Part shown: in pieces, positions 51,098 to 59,974 of the stretch
Layout of the letters: the number at the start of each line of letters is the position of its first letter
Position numbering within the stretch: the stretch's first letter is position 1
Assembly (NCBI GenBank): GCA_963764165.1
Contig: CAVXRD010000003.1
Location: 224,001-288,000 of the forward strand
Length of the DNA stretch: 64,000 nucleotides
Source: an uncultured Verrucomicrobiae bacterium
Lineage (GTDB): Bacteria > Verrucomicrobiota > Verrucomicrobiia > Limisphaerales > Palsa-1400
Reading direction: 5' to 3'
The notes under the pieces: generated by a model
Database searches by the model: none
Told to the model about the DNA's origin: nothing
What the model saw: only the letters and a program-made list of their open reading frames with translations
Made by a program: the position numbers and the translations under genes

Positions 51098-52198
51098 ATG
51101 ACGCTCATCGTGACGGTCATCGTGGTCGCATTGGCCTTCGAGTATATCAATGGTTTCCATGATACGGCCAATTCCATCGCCACCGTCGTTTCCACCAAGG
51201 TTCTGACACCGCGCCAGGCCGTCATGCTGGCGGCTGGGACGAATCTTTTTGGCGCGCTGCTGGGAACTGCGGTTGCGGCGACCATCACGAGTGGCCTGAT
51301 TGATACCAAGCTGATCGCGGTGGGATCGGATATCATTGTGTGCGCGCTGCTCGGGGCGATCGGATGGAATTTGCTGACGTGGTGGCAAGGATTGCCCTCC
51401 AGTTCCAGCCACGCACTCATTGGTGGATTATGCGGCGCGGCCTTCGCGGCCGCTCATCACGACTGGCACGTCATCATCTGGTCCCAGCCAAGCGCGGCCC
51501 ACTGGTATGCGGGAAAGGGCCTGGTCTGGAAAGTGATCGTGCCGATGTTCATTTCGCCCGTCCTCGGTTTTGTCGGTGGCTTCGTGCTCATGGCGTTGCT
51601 TTACATTTCGCTCCATAATAAACGGCCATCTGGAATAAACGCCTTCTTCGGCAAGGCCCAGATAGTCAGCGCCGGGGCCATGGGAATCATGCACGGAACG
51701 AATGACGCCCAAAAAACGATGGGCATCATTGCGATGGCCCTGCTTGCCGCCACCAAAGCCGGAACGTTCGATCATCTGCCGGCATTGTTGGAGTTCCTTC
51801 GCATGCCGGAACCCGCGGCGGGCAAGGCGCTCGTTATCCCGACGTGGATTAAGGTGCTTTGCGCGATGACAATGGCCTCCGGAACGGCCGTCGGCGGGTG
51901 GCGCATCATCAAAACGATGGGTCACAAGATGGTCAAATTGCACCCGATTAACGGATTCGCGGCGGAAGCCAGCTCCGCTACCGTCATCGGCCTTGCGTCG
52001 TTGCTGGGCATTCCGGTTTCGACAACTCACAATATCGCTGCCGCGATCATGGGCGTCGGCTCGGCCAAAAGATTTAACGCCATCAAATGGACGGTTGTCG
52101 AACGGATGGTCTGGGCCTGGATTCTCACCCTGCCCGCTTCCGGCGGGCTTGCCTACGCGTTGGTGCGGTTCGGACAGGGCATGGGCTGGATTTCGTAA
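51098..52198 (+). CDS. pit: Inorganic phosphate transporter, PiT family
   Basis: NGFHDTANSIAT, PSSSSHALIGG, HGTNDAQKTMG, PVSTTH. Confidence 0.95.
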   Translation: MTLIVTVIVVALAFEYINGFHDTANSIATVVSTKVLTPRQAVMLAAGTNLFGALLGTAVAATITSGLIDTKLIAVGSDIIVCALLGAIGWNLLTWWQGLPSSSSHALIGGLCGAAFAAAHHDWHVIIWSQPSAAHWYAGKGLVWKVIVPMFISPVLGFVGGFVLMALLYISLHNKRPSGINAFFGKAQIVSAGAMGIMHGTNDAQKTMGIIAMALLAATKAGTFDHLPALLEFLRMPEPAAGKALVIPTWIKVLCAMTMASGTAVGGWRIIKTMGHKMVKLHPINGFAAEASSATVIGLASLLGIPVSTTHNIAAAIMGVGSAKRFNAIKWTVVERMVWAWILTLPASGGLAYALVRFGQGMGWIS

Positions 52199-52207
52199 TT
52201 TGCCAGT

Positions 52208-53626
52208 TTACGGCAGCCCTGCCAATTCCGCCGCAGGATAAGTCCATATTTCCGCCAGCGTCGGATGGTAATGCGGCATCATGGCCAATTCGCGGACCGT
52301 CATGCGCTGGTGCATCGCGGCGATGATTTCATGGATTAATTCCCCGCCTTGCGGGCCAACGCATGTGCCGCCGAGAATCTCGCCTGAAACGGGATCGGCC
52401 ACCAATTTCACAAAACCATCCTTCGCTTCCATGATCAGTGATTTCCCGTGATCGTTGAACGGATAACTGGCCGCGCGATGTGGAATTTTGCGCTCGCGCG
52501 CGGCTTTTTCCGACAGGCCGACCATGGCCGCTTGAGGATCGGAAAAGACAATGCTCGTCAGCAGGCGGTAATCGATTTTTCGCGGCTTTCTGGGATGCGC
52601 AATATTGTGCGCCGCAATCTCCCCCTGCTCCACCGCGATGTGGACAATCTGATAAGGCCCGGTGCAATCTCCCGCCGCGTAGATATGCCTCGCGCTCGTT
52701 TGCATTGCCGCATTGGTCACGATGCGGCCATTATCCAACTCCACGCCCGCCTTGTCCAAATCCAACCCCGTGGTCGCAGGCACACGCCCGAAGGCGTGCA
52801 AAATTTCGTCTGCCATCACCACATGCGGTTTGTCGCCACACAGGATTGAGACGCCCTTTTTGCGTCCCTTGCGAAACGCCTCCGTGATGGTCGCGGATTT
52901 CCATATTTCTACCCCGTCACGTTTCAAGACCGTCTCGACAACCTCCGCCGCCTCCGCATCAAATTCCTTCAGAATCTGCGCGCCGCGAATAATCAAGGTG
53001 ATTTTAACCCCGAACCGGGCGAGGAACTGTGTCAATTCGACAGCCACCGGTCCGCCGCCAAGAACGATAATGGAGCGGGGCAATTTTTTGAGCGAGAGAA
53101 TGTCATCGCTGGTCAGGAAACCTGTCTCCCACAAGTGCGGCACCATCGCCGGCGCCATCACCGAGCCGCCGGAAATGACAAAATGGTTCGACTTGACCAC
53201 CTTCGGCACGGTGCCCTCCACCGCGGTCAGCGCCACCGTGTGGGGATCCAGAAAACTGGCGTTGGCGCGGAGGAATTTGAATTTGCCGGAGTTCAGCCCA
53301 TCGCGGCGATACTGTGCGAAATCGTCAATCATCGCTTTTTTCCGCGCCATCACGGCCTGGAAATCGAAGCCCACTTTGGAAACCTTGATCCCCCACGTCT
53401 TCGCCATTTTCGCGAGATGCAAAACCTCCGCCGTATAGAGCAGCGCCTTGCTCGGCATGCACCCGCGAAGAATGCAAAGCCCACCGACCTCCGCCCCGCC
53501 CTCAATTACGACTGTCTTCAACCCCGCCGCCGCGGCAGTTCGCGCAGCCGCGTAACCCGCGCTGCCCCCGCCAATCACAGCCACGTCAAAATGACTCTCT
53601 CCGCCCGCCGACGCTTTTTTGCTCAT
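52208..53626 (-). CDS. Pyridine nucleotide-disulfide oxidoreductase (dihydrolipoamide dehydrogenase-like)
   Basis: GGGSAG, GGLCILRGCMPSK, YAAGD, HYHPTLAE. Confidence 0.9.
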   Translation of the reverse strand: MSKKASAGGESHFDVAVIGGGSAGYAAARTAAAAGLKTVVIEGGAEVGGLCILRGCMPSKALLYTAEVLHLAKMAKTWGIKVSKVGFDFQAVMARKKAMIDDFAQYRRDGLNSGKFKFLRANASFLDPHTVALTAVEGTVPKVVKSNHFVISGGSVMAPAMVPHLWETGFLTSDDILSLKKLPRSIIVLGGGPVAVELTQFLARFGVKITLIIRGAQILKEFDAEAAEVVETVLKRDGVEIWKSATITEAFRKGRKKGVSILCGDKPHVVMADEILHAFGRVPATTGLDLDKAGVELDNGRIVTNAAMQTSARHIYAAGDCTGPYQIVHIAVEQGEIAAHNIAHPRKPRKIDYRLLTSIVFSDPQAAMVGLSEKAARERKIPHRAASYPFNDHGKSLIMEAKDGFVKLVADPVSGEILGGTCVGPQGGELIHEIIAAMHQRMTVRELAMMPHYHPTLAEIWTYPAAELAGLP

Positions 53627-53717
53627 CCGCACCAACATAGGGGTGAATCTCGATGAATTCGACGCGAAACTAAATCCAGCCGTTTCTCGACCCCGCACCA
53701 AGTCATAGAGAATCGCG

Positions 53718-53943
53718 GTAGGGCGAGGCTCCTGCCGAGCCACGCGTCACAAGACGGCTCGGCAGGAGGCCCAACCAAAAGATTTGGTGAGAAGTGCCAA
53801 TGAACCAAAGATGGAATGCGGGACGCGGGGGCGCGTGCGCTCCCCGGATTCAGAGGCTTGAGGAGCACACGCGCCTCGCGTGTCGCGCTCGGCGCCCTCG
53901 CCGAGCGCTCCCCCGGACGGTTCATTGGCAGCCTCGCCCTGCC
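53718..53943 (+). repeat. Nested palindromic element, copy B
   Basis: Arm AGGGCGAGGCTCCTGCCGAGCC (53720-53741); its complement is split into 53756-53768 and 53930-53940; internal IR GCCAATGAACC (53796-53806 / 53919-53929). Confidence 0.85.
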
Positions 53944-54287
53944 ACAATTGCCACAGAATCCCCATTTTTCCATAAAATTTAAAGATTTCTTGGAAAAATC
54001 GTGCCGAAAAACCTCTGGTAGGTTTTCTGTTTCCAGACGACTGTGCAAATCTGCTTCCATATGCATTATATGTCATATGGAAGCAGTTGGGGGCGGACTG
54101 CCACTGAGCCGGAACAATTCAATTGGCTCCTGGGAGCGCGGTTGTCGATCGCCGTTTTCGGCGTCCCGCCGAAAACTCATCGTGCAATGGAATTTCACCA
54201 AACAATTTCATGCACCCCCGGCCGCGCATTGCCCTCGATGTTGCCGGGCCGCCCACATCGCCAGCGAATCCAAGCAAATCCCGGCTG

Positions 54288-54316
54288 ATGTAACCAAATG
54301 TAGCCAAATGTAACCA
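54288..54316. repeat. 10-bp tandem repeat ATGTA(A/G)CCA(A/C) x3
   Basis: atgtaaccaa atgtagccaa atgtaaccac. Confidence 0.7.
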
Positions 54317-54415
54317 CTTTTTATGAAAAATCGGCCGATGATGCGCGAGTCAAAAAGCGCAATTGGAACCGTCGTGAGGATGACACGCCGGCGGGATTCT
54401 TACCACCGGTCCGCG

Positions 54416-55444
54416 CTACGGCTGAATCACCGTCCGGATGATTTCGGTCTGGGATTCCAGCGCGTCAAGTGTCTGGTTGACCTGGATCGCATCAAGGGGA
54501 ATGGATCGTGTAACGCTGGCGGGAAACTTCAACTTTCCACTCCGGGCGTATTCGAGCAGCAGCGGAATTTCCGAAGCCAGATGGTCGGACACACCGATGA
54601 TTTCGGCTTCGCGGTTGATCACGTTTTCATAGGGCGACACGCTGAAGGACTGCCGCATCAAGCCCGCCAGCGCCGCTCTTCCCAAACGACCAAGGCTCCG
54701 CACCGCGCCGTCCATCGTCACCGGCTTTCCGATGAGTTCCAGCGCGACGTCCACCCCTCGGCCACCGGTGGCATCCCGAATTTGTTCGGCGGCATCGCCG
54801 AGCGCGGGATCGATGGGAATGGCGCCCATTTCCCTGGCCAGCCGCAATTTGGCGGCGTTCGTGTCGACAGCGAAGACTCGGGACGCGCCCATTGCCATGG
54901 CCAGTTGCACGGCGGAAAAGCCAAGGCCGCCGAATCCAAAAATCGCGACCGATTCCCCTGCCCTCATCCGCGCCTTGCGCAACGCGTGCAGAGACGTCGC
55001 GGACGAACACATCATCACCGCGCCTTGCACGAAGGAAATTTCCTCCGGCAGCGCGAACAAACTGCGCGCCGGAATGCGCGCGAACTCCGCGTAGCCGCCG
55101 TCCTGGTGTTTCCCGATCATGCGCCCAGTGGCGCAGAATTGTTCGTGTCCGGCGAAACAGAATTCGCAACAGCCGCAGGTCGCCATGTAATGCACGCAAA
55201 CGCGCGCGCCCCTGGCAATATGTTTGACACTCGCGCCGACTTCTTCGGCCACCCCGGCGATTTCGTGCCCGGGCGTCATCGGCAACGGCTGCACTGGCGA
55301 TACTCCAGCGCGGTAATGCGCATCCGAATGGCAAATGCCCGCCGCTTTCACGCGCACCAACACGTCATCCGGACCGATTTCGGGCACAGGCACCTCGGCC
55401 ATTTCAAGAGGCTTGCCGATTTCTGTCAAACGAACAGATTTCAT
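54416..55444 (-). CDS. Zinc-dependent alcohol dehydrogenase (MDR family)
   Basis: GICHSD, GHE, CGCCEFC...C structural Zn, GFGGLG. Confidence 0.93.
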   Translation of the reverse strand: MKSVRLTEIGKPLEMAEVPVPEIGPDDVLVRVKAAGICHSDAHYRAGVSPVQPLPMTPGHEIAGVAEEVGASVKHIARGARVCVHYMATCGCCEFCFAGHEQFCATGRMIGKHQDGGYAEFARIPARSLFALPEEISFVQGAVMMCSSATSLHALRKARMRAGESVAIFGFGGLGFSAVQLAMAMGASRVFAVDTNAAKLRLAREMGAIPIDPALGDAAEQIRDATGGRGVDVALELIGKPVTMDGAVRSLGRLGRAALAGLMRQSFSVSPYENVINREAEIIGVSDHLASEIPLLLEYARSGKLKFPASVTRSIPLDAIQVNQTLDALESQTEIIRTVIQP

Positions 55445-55530
55445 CAAGCTGATATAGTGCGGAATCTGAAAGCAAAACTCAATGCGCTGCCCGCACGAAA
55501 GCCGGCGTTCGGCGAACCAGCAAGCTCGGC

Positions 55531-55920
55531 AGGGCGAGGCTCCCGCCGAGCCGTCCCCCATCCGCGAAGATGGCTCGGCGGGAGGCCCCAACCATCAAAG
55601 TTGGTGAGAAGTTCCGACGAACAAATTTCGCCTTGGGAGGTAGGGACGCCTCGCCGAGATTGTCTCAAAACTACAAAATCCTCAAAGTGTGTCAATACTA
55701 CGACTCTCTCATTTGCGATATGGCGCATTTTTATTTTCGGCGAGGGTGTTTTTGTGGTGCTTTTTAAAGCCATTTTTGAGTTTTGAGACAGTCTCCGCCG
55801 AGGCGTCCGGTTGCGCGTGAAGGCTTTTGTGGGCCGCACCGTTCAACGACGCCTCGCCCCGGACGCCTCGGCGAGGCGTCCTACCTCCACAAGACAGTTC
55901 GTTGGCAGCCTCGCCCTGCC
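55531..55920 (+). repeat. Nested palindromic element, copy C
   Basis: Arm 55531-55552; complement split into 55572-55584 and 55907-55917; interior homologous to copy A. Confidence 0.88.
55656..55795. mobile_element. 140-bp MITE inserted in a REP hairpin loop
   Basis: 24-bp TIRs, 21/24 identical (GAGA(T/C)TGTCTCAAAACT...); CGCC duplicated at 55652-55655 and 55796-55799; absent from homologous copy A. Confidence 0.88.
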
Positions 55921-55999
55921 GAAACCTGCTTATGACAGCGGCAGTTGCCCCGTAACGCAGATGTTTGACATTCGTAACAATTTCCCATCCACTTGCGCC

Positions 56000-56848
56000 T
56001 TGAAAAATTTGAATCGTGTTGGATTTTCACCGGTCGTAATCGCTCTCTCAATCATGCTGACAATCGCAGCCGCAGCTCGAGCCGACGATGACGATGATCG
56101 CGGCTCGACCAACCGCGTCCGCCGGCCCATTGAAGAATTGTTCAAGACCGATGTCGTCTTCCCGGAGGAGAAAGGGGAATTCGAGGTGGAATTGGCTTCG
56201 ATTTTCCAGAATCATTCGGGCGTCAACACCTGGACGCTGCCAATATCCGCCGAATATGGGGTTACAGACCGGCTTCAATTTGAGGCGGAATGGAATTCCA
56301 TCATCCAGCATTACCGCCGCAACCAATCAACCATGCGCGGGCTGGGAGATGTTGAGATGGGCGCGCAATACAGCTTTCTCAACATTGACGGATCGAATTT
56401 TCACATCGCGCCGCGCTTCTCGCTCAACGTTCCGACCGGCAACGTGAACCGCGACATGAGCGACGGGTTTCTGGAATATGAGCCGGCCATCGTTCTGGCA
56501 AGGGATGTTCCACAATGGCATAAAACCCAATTCTTCACCGAGCTGGGCAGCGGCTGGGTGCAGCGCATCAACCGGCCCAAAGATTCTGACGACGCCGAAC
56601 CTTCCGCGCACGAATTGGATTGGAACGCCGGCGCCTTCGTGCTTTTCAATCACTGTGCGGCCACCTTGGAATATAATCTTGCCAACAGCACCTGGAACCA
56701 TCACGGGACGGAAAATGAAATGTACATCACGCCGGGGTTTCTATACCGCCCCATTGGCCATCTGGAAATTGGCCTGGGCATCCCGGTCGGATTGAATAAT
56801 CACTCGGATAATTTCGAGATCATCTCTCACATTGTCTGGGAATTCTGA
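56000..56848 (+). CDS. Putative outer-membrane beta-barrel protein (MetA-pathway/phenol-degradation transporter-like)
   Basis: Signal peptide ending AARA, EYGVTDRLQ, GLGDVEMGAQY, VPTG, C-terminal WEF. Confidence 0.7.
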   Translation: MKNLNRVGFSPVVIALSIMLTIAAAARADDDDDRGSTNRVRRPIEELFKTDVVFPEEKGEFEVELASIFQNHSGVNTWTLPISAEYGVTDRLQFEAEWNSIIQHYRRNQSTMRGLGDVEMGAQYSFLNIDGSNFHIAPRFSLNVPTGNVNRDMSDGFLEYEPAIVLARDVPQWHKTQFFTELGSGWVQRINRPKDSDDAEPSAHELDWNAGAFVLFNHCAATLEYNLANSTWNHHGTENEMYITPGFLYRPIGHLEIGLGIPVGLNNHSDNFEIISHIVWEF

Positions 56849-56874
56849 TCGCGCAACACTATGCTTGACAATTT

Positions 56875-57366
56875 ATGGCCGAAAATGGAACGTCGAACAT
56901 TATGGCTGCCACTGTTGCAAACTCGGTTAAAACCTATCTCGAATTTCTTCCCGCCGACCGGCGAACCGCGCTGAGCGCCGTGCGAGACGTCATCCGAGCG
57001 CATCTGCCGAAGGGCTATGAGGAATGCATGTTCACCGGGATGATTGGCTATGTGGTGCCCCACAGCATTTACCCCGCTGGCTATCACTGCAACCCGAAAT
57101 TGCCCCTGGTTTACGCTTGGCTCGAAAATCAGAAAAACCACATGTCGCTGCACCTGATGGGAATTTACGGCGACACCGCCACGGCCGAGTGGTTTCAAAA
57201 AGCGTGGAAGGCGGCGGGGAAGAAATTGGACATGGGAAAAGCCTGCGTCCGCTTCAAAAAGCTCGAGGACGTCCCACTCGATGTGGTTGGGCAGGTCATC
57301 GCGCGCATCCCACTAAAAGCGTATGTCGAGCGGGTCGAAAAAGTTGCCGCGTCGCGCCAGAAATAG
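56875..57366 (+). CDS. DUF1801 domain protein
   Basis: LPKGYEE, GMIGYVVPHSIYPAGYHC, QKNHMSL, LDMGKACVRFKK. Confidence 0.85.
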   Translation: MAENGTSNIMAATVANSVKTYLEFLPADRRTALSAVRDVIRAHLPKGYEECMFTGMIGYVVPHSIYPAGYHCNPKLPLVYAWLENQKNHMSLHLMGIYGDTATAEWFQKAWKAAGKKLDMGKACVRFKKLEDVPLDVVGQVIARIPLKAYVERVEKVAASRQK

Positions 57367-57379
57367 CCGCCGTCTTTTA

Positions 57380-57661
57380 TTATACGCCGGTCTTCAGCGT
57401 GTCGCGATGCTCGTCGATCGCGTTCGCGATGGCGTTCACGCTGCTGAGCATGGCGCGGGCTTTCGCGGCATCGGAAATCTTGATGCCATAATTCTTGTCG
57501 AGCGCGACCACAAGCTGCAGCGCGTCCACCGAGTCCAAGCCGAGGCTGTCCGGCCCAAACAGAGGCTGGCCGTCACCGATTTCCTCGGGCGTTACTTTGA
57601 GCATCAGGTCGTCGACCAGCATGCGTTTAATGTCCACTTTGAGCTGTTCCGATTCTGTCAT
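57380..57661 (-). CDS. Acyl carrier protein
   Basis: LFGPDSLGLDSVDALQLVV...YGIKI phosphopantetheine site. Confidence 0.92.
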   Translation of the reverse strand: MTESEQLKVDIKRMLVDDLMLKVTPEEIGDGQPLFGPDSLGLDSVDALQLVVALDKNYGIKISDAAKARAMLSSVNAIANAIDEHRDTLKTGV

Positions 57662-57703
57662 GTCAAACCTTTTTCTTTTCTCGATGCTTATCTTATCACC
57701 ATT

Positions 57704-58720
57704 TCACGCGCCATCAACTACGGACAAAAATCTGGCGCCGATGGCCTGCTGGCTTACTCCCACCACCGATACCGTCGCCGCTGGAAACGCGCCGCGAGCC
57801 AGCGCGTCGCATGCGGTCACGCATTGCCACGCCGCGGACGCTGTGAAGGCTTCGCCAAGCACCGTTTTGGGATGGATGCGCGCGCCGTTCCAATCCTGCC
57901 ACGCGGCAGTTTCCGCCTCGTCGAAACGCCGGCGATTGCAGATGCCATCGCAAAGGAGTTCATCTTGCGCCAGCGCCGGCAGTTGATTCCGCGCCGCGCG
58001 CGCCGCCTTTGCGCGGCATTGGCCGCCGGCCATGGTGAATCCGTCCGTGACGGCATCCAATTCCGCCAGTGCGCCAGCGCCATTCTTTGTCAAATATACA
58101 GCACCAGCGCCGCTGGCGTAAATCGCATCACGCGCAAACAGCCTGAACGCGTCCGCCACCAGCCAGTCCAATTCCTCCGACCCGATGACGATGCAGCCGT
58201 CCACCTGGTCCTGCGCCAGCCATTCTGCCGCGAGGGCCAGGCCTTGCACAAACATCCCATCGTCGCCGACCAGCGTAGCACTGGGCGCGGTGGTTCCAAA
58301 GTAGGCCGCCAGATGGCTGCCGGGCGCGTTGAAAACCGTTTCGGGAAAAATCAGCGGACTGGCCTTCGACGGGTCGCGCAGCACTTCCTCGAAGAACCGC
58401 CTCGTGTAGGGGATCAAGCCGCTGAGCATCGCGACGACGATTCCCAGCCGCGCGGGCTTATTCGAGCCTATGGCTTCCAGCGCTGCCGCGACAATGTGTT
58501 GCGACATGACGCTCACCCTGCGCAGACGGCCGTGGCTGGCAAACTCCAGACGCGTCGGCGAGTTCGGCACCGCCCGAATCCGCAAGGGCTTTGCCCAGCC
58601 CGGGCGCGCAAGATCACGCACCGCGAGTGGCGCGTTGGCGGCCACTGCGTCGCGCATGGCGGGCACGCCCCACCCCGCGGGAGAAACAGCGCCGATTCCA
58701 TTTATGAAAATGCGGCTCAC
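57704..58720 (-). CDS. Ketosynthase-like protein lacking catalytic residues (chain-length-factor-like)
   Basis: GIGAVSPAG, SPLIFPETVFNAPGSH; TLVGDDG where Cys is expected; GEAFTAS in place of GH; GTGA overlap with the KS. Confidence 0.8.
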   Translation of the reverse strand: MSRIFINGIGAVSPAGWGVPAMRDAVAANAPLAVRDLARPGWAKPLRIRAVPNSPTRLEFASHGRLRRVSVMSQHIVAAALEAIGSNKPARLGIVVAMLSGLIPYTRRFFEEVLRDPSKASPLIFPETVFNAPGSHLAAYFGTTAPSATLVGDDGMFVQGLALAAEWLAQDQVDGCIVIGSEELDWLVADAFRLFARDAIYASGAGAVYLTKNGAGALAELDAVTDGFTMAGGQCRAKAARAARNQLPALAQDELLCDGICNRRRFDEAETAAWQDWNGARIHPKTVLGEAFTASAAWQCVTACDALARGAFPAATVSVVGVSQQAIGARFLSVVDGA

Positions 58721-59964
58721 GTCCACCTCCGCATGACCAGTGTTGCGTTCGCGCCACCGAAGCCGAAGGAGTTTGACAGGGCAATTTCGAGCTTCGCGTC
58801 TGTTGGCTCGCGCACCACTTTGAAGTGGCAGGCAGGATCCACCGTTCCAATGGCCGTTTCCGGGGGCTGCCACTGCCCTTGCAGCGCCATCAAACAAACC
58901 ACTGCCTCGACTGCCCCCGCCGCGCCGAGCAAATGCCCGATGCTCGCCTTCGTGGAACTCACCGGGAGGCTTGCCGCCCGCGCGCCCGCCCAGCGATTGA
59001 TGGCGGCTGCTTCGGTCACATCGTTTTGCGGAGTCGCAGTTCCATGAGCATTGACGTAATCAACTTGCTCGGGGGTCACGCCCGCCATCGCACAGGCCGC
59101 ATTCATTGCGCCGAGGGCGGCGTCGCCGTTGGGGTGCGGTTGCGTCAAATGATGAATGTCAGTCGTGGCGCCGTAGCCAATAATTTCACCCAATATTTCC
59201 GCGCCGCGCTTTTGCGCATTTTCCAGCGATTCAAGAGCGAGCATCGCCGCGCCCTCCCCGAGCGTGAGGCCATCGCGCGCCGCGTCGAATGGGCGGCATG
59301 TCGTGGTGGAAAGCGCCTGCAGCGAGTCGAATCCGGCAAAGGTCAGCCGGCAAATCGCGTCGTAGCCGCCGGTGAAAACACGCGAGGCCGCGCCTCCACG
59401 GATCAATTGAAACGCATGGCCAATGGCGTTGCTCCCGGAAGCGCAGGCATTGGAAATGACCGTGACGGTTCCGGCAAATCCAAACGCATTGCAAAGCTCG
59501 AGGCCCTGCCGGTGCAATTGATATTGCATGACGCGCGTTGCCTGTTTTCGCTGGCTGGAGGGTTTTGAAATGGCATGCACCAAATATTCTTCGCCGCACG
59601 ACATCGCGCCGCTGGTCGTTCCGAGCATCACTGGAATATTCTCGCCGGGATTCCACCCAGCCTGCGTCCAGCATTCGTGGGCCGCGATCAATAGGAAGCG
59701 TCCGGCGCGGTCAAGTCGATTTGCAGCTTTAGTTGACAGGAGAGTTTTGGGAAGTTCGCTGGGCAGGTCAATTTCAGCGGCTGACTTGGCTCGCTGCCCG
59801 CTCACGTCAAAAAGTGTCACCGGGCGAAAGGCTTTCCGGCCAGCGCGGAATCCCGCCGCATTCAATTTCCAGCCCGCGCCAAGAGCGGTAATAACACCAG
59901 CGCCGGTTACGACTACTCGGTGCGTCTTGGAGGGGGCGGAATTTTGTGAGCGTGAAAACAGCAC
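58717..59964 (-). CDS. fabF: Beta-ketoacyl-ACP synthase II-like ketosynthase
   Basis: SNACASG (Cys), NAHGTAT (His), STKASIGHLLGAAG (His), SNSFGFGG. Confidence 0.93.
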   Translation of the reverse strand: MLFSRSQNSAPSKTHRVVVTGAGVITALGAGWKLNAAGFRAGRKAFRPVTLFDVSGQRAKSAAEIDLPSELPKTLLSTKAANRLDRAGRFLLIAAHECWTQAGWNPGENIPVMLGTTSGAMSCGEEYLVHAISKPSSQRKQATRVMQYQLHRQGLELCNAFGFAGTVTVISNACASGSNAIGHAFQLIRGGAASRVFTGGYDAICRLTFAGFDSLQALSTTTCRPFDAARDGLTLGEGAAMLALESLENAQKRGAEILGEIIGYGATTDIHHLTQPHPNGDAALGAMNAACAMAGVTPEQVDYVNAHGTATPQNDVTEAAAINRWAGARAASLPVSSTKASIGHLLGAAGAVEAVVCLMALQGQWQPPETAIGTVDPACHFKVVREPTDAKLEIALSNSFGFGGANATLVMRRWT

Positions 59965-59974
59965 AGGGCGCGCC

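Noticed and set aside
52208..53626. Mercuric reductase merA
   Set aside because: No C-terminal Cys-Cys pair, no NmerA domain and no mer genes; it has the HPTxxE motif instead.
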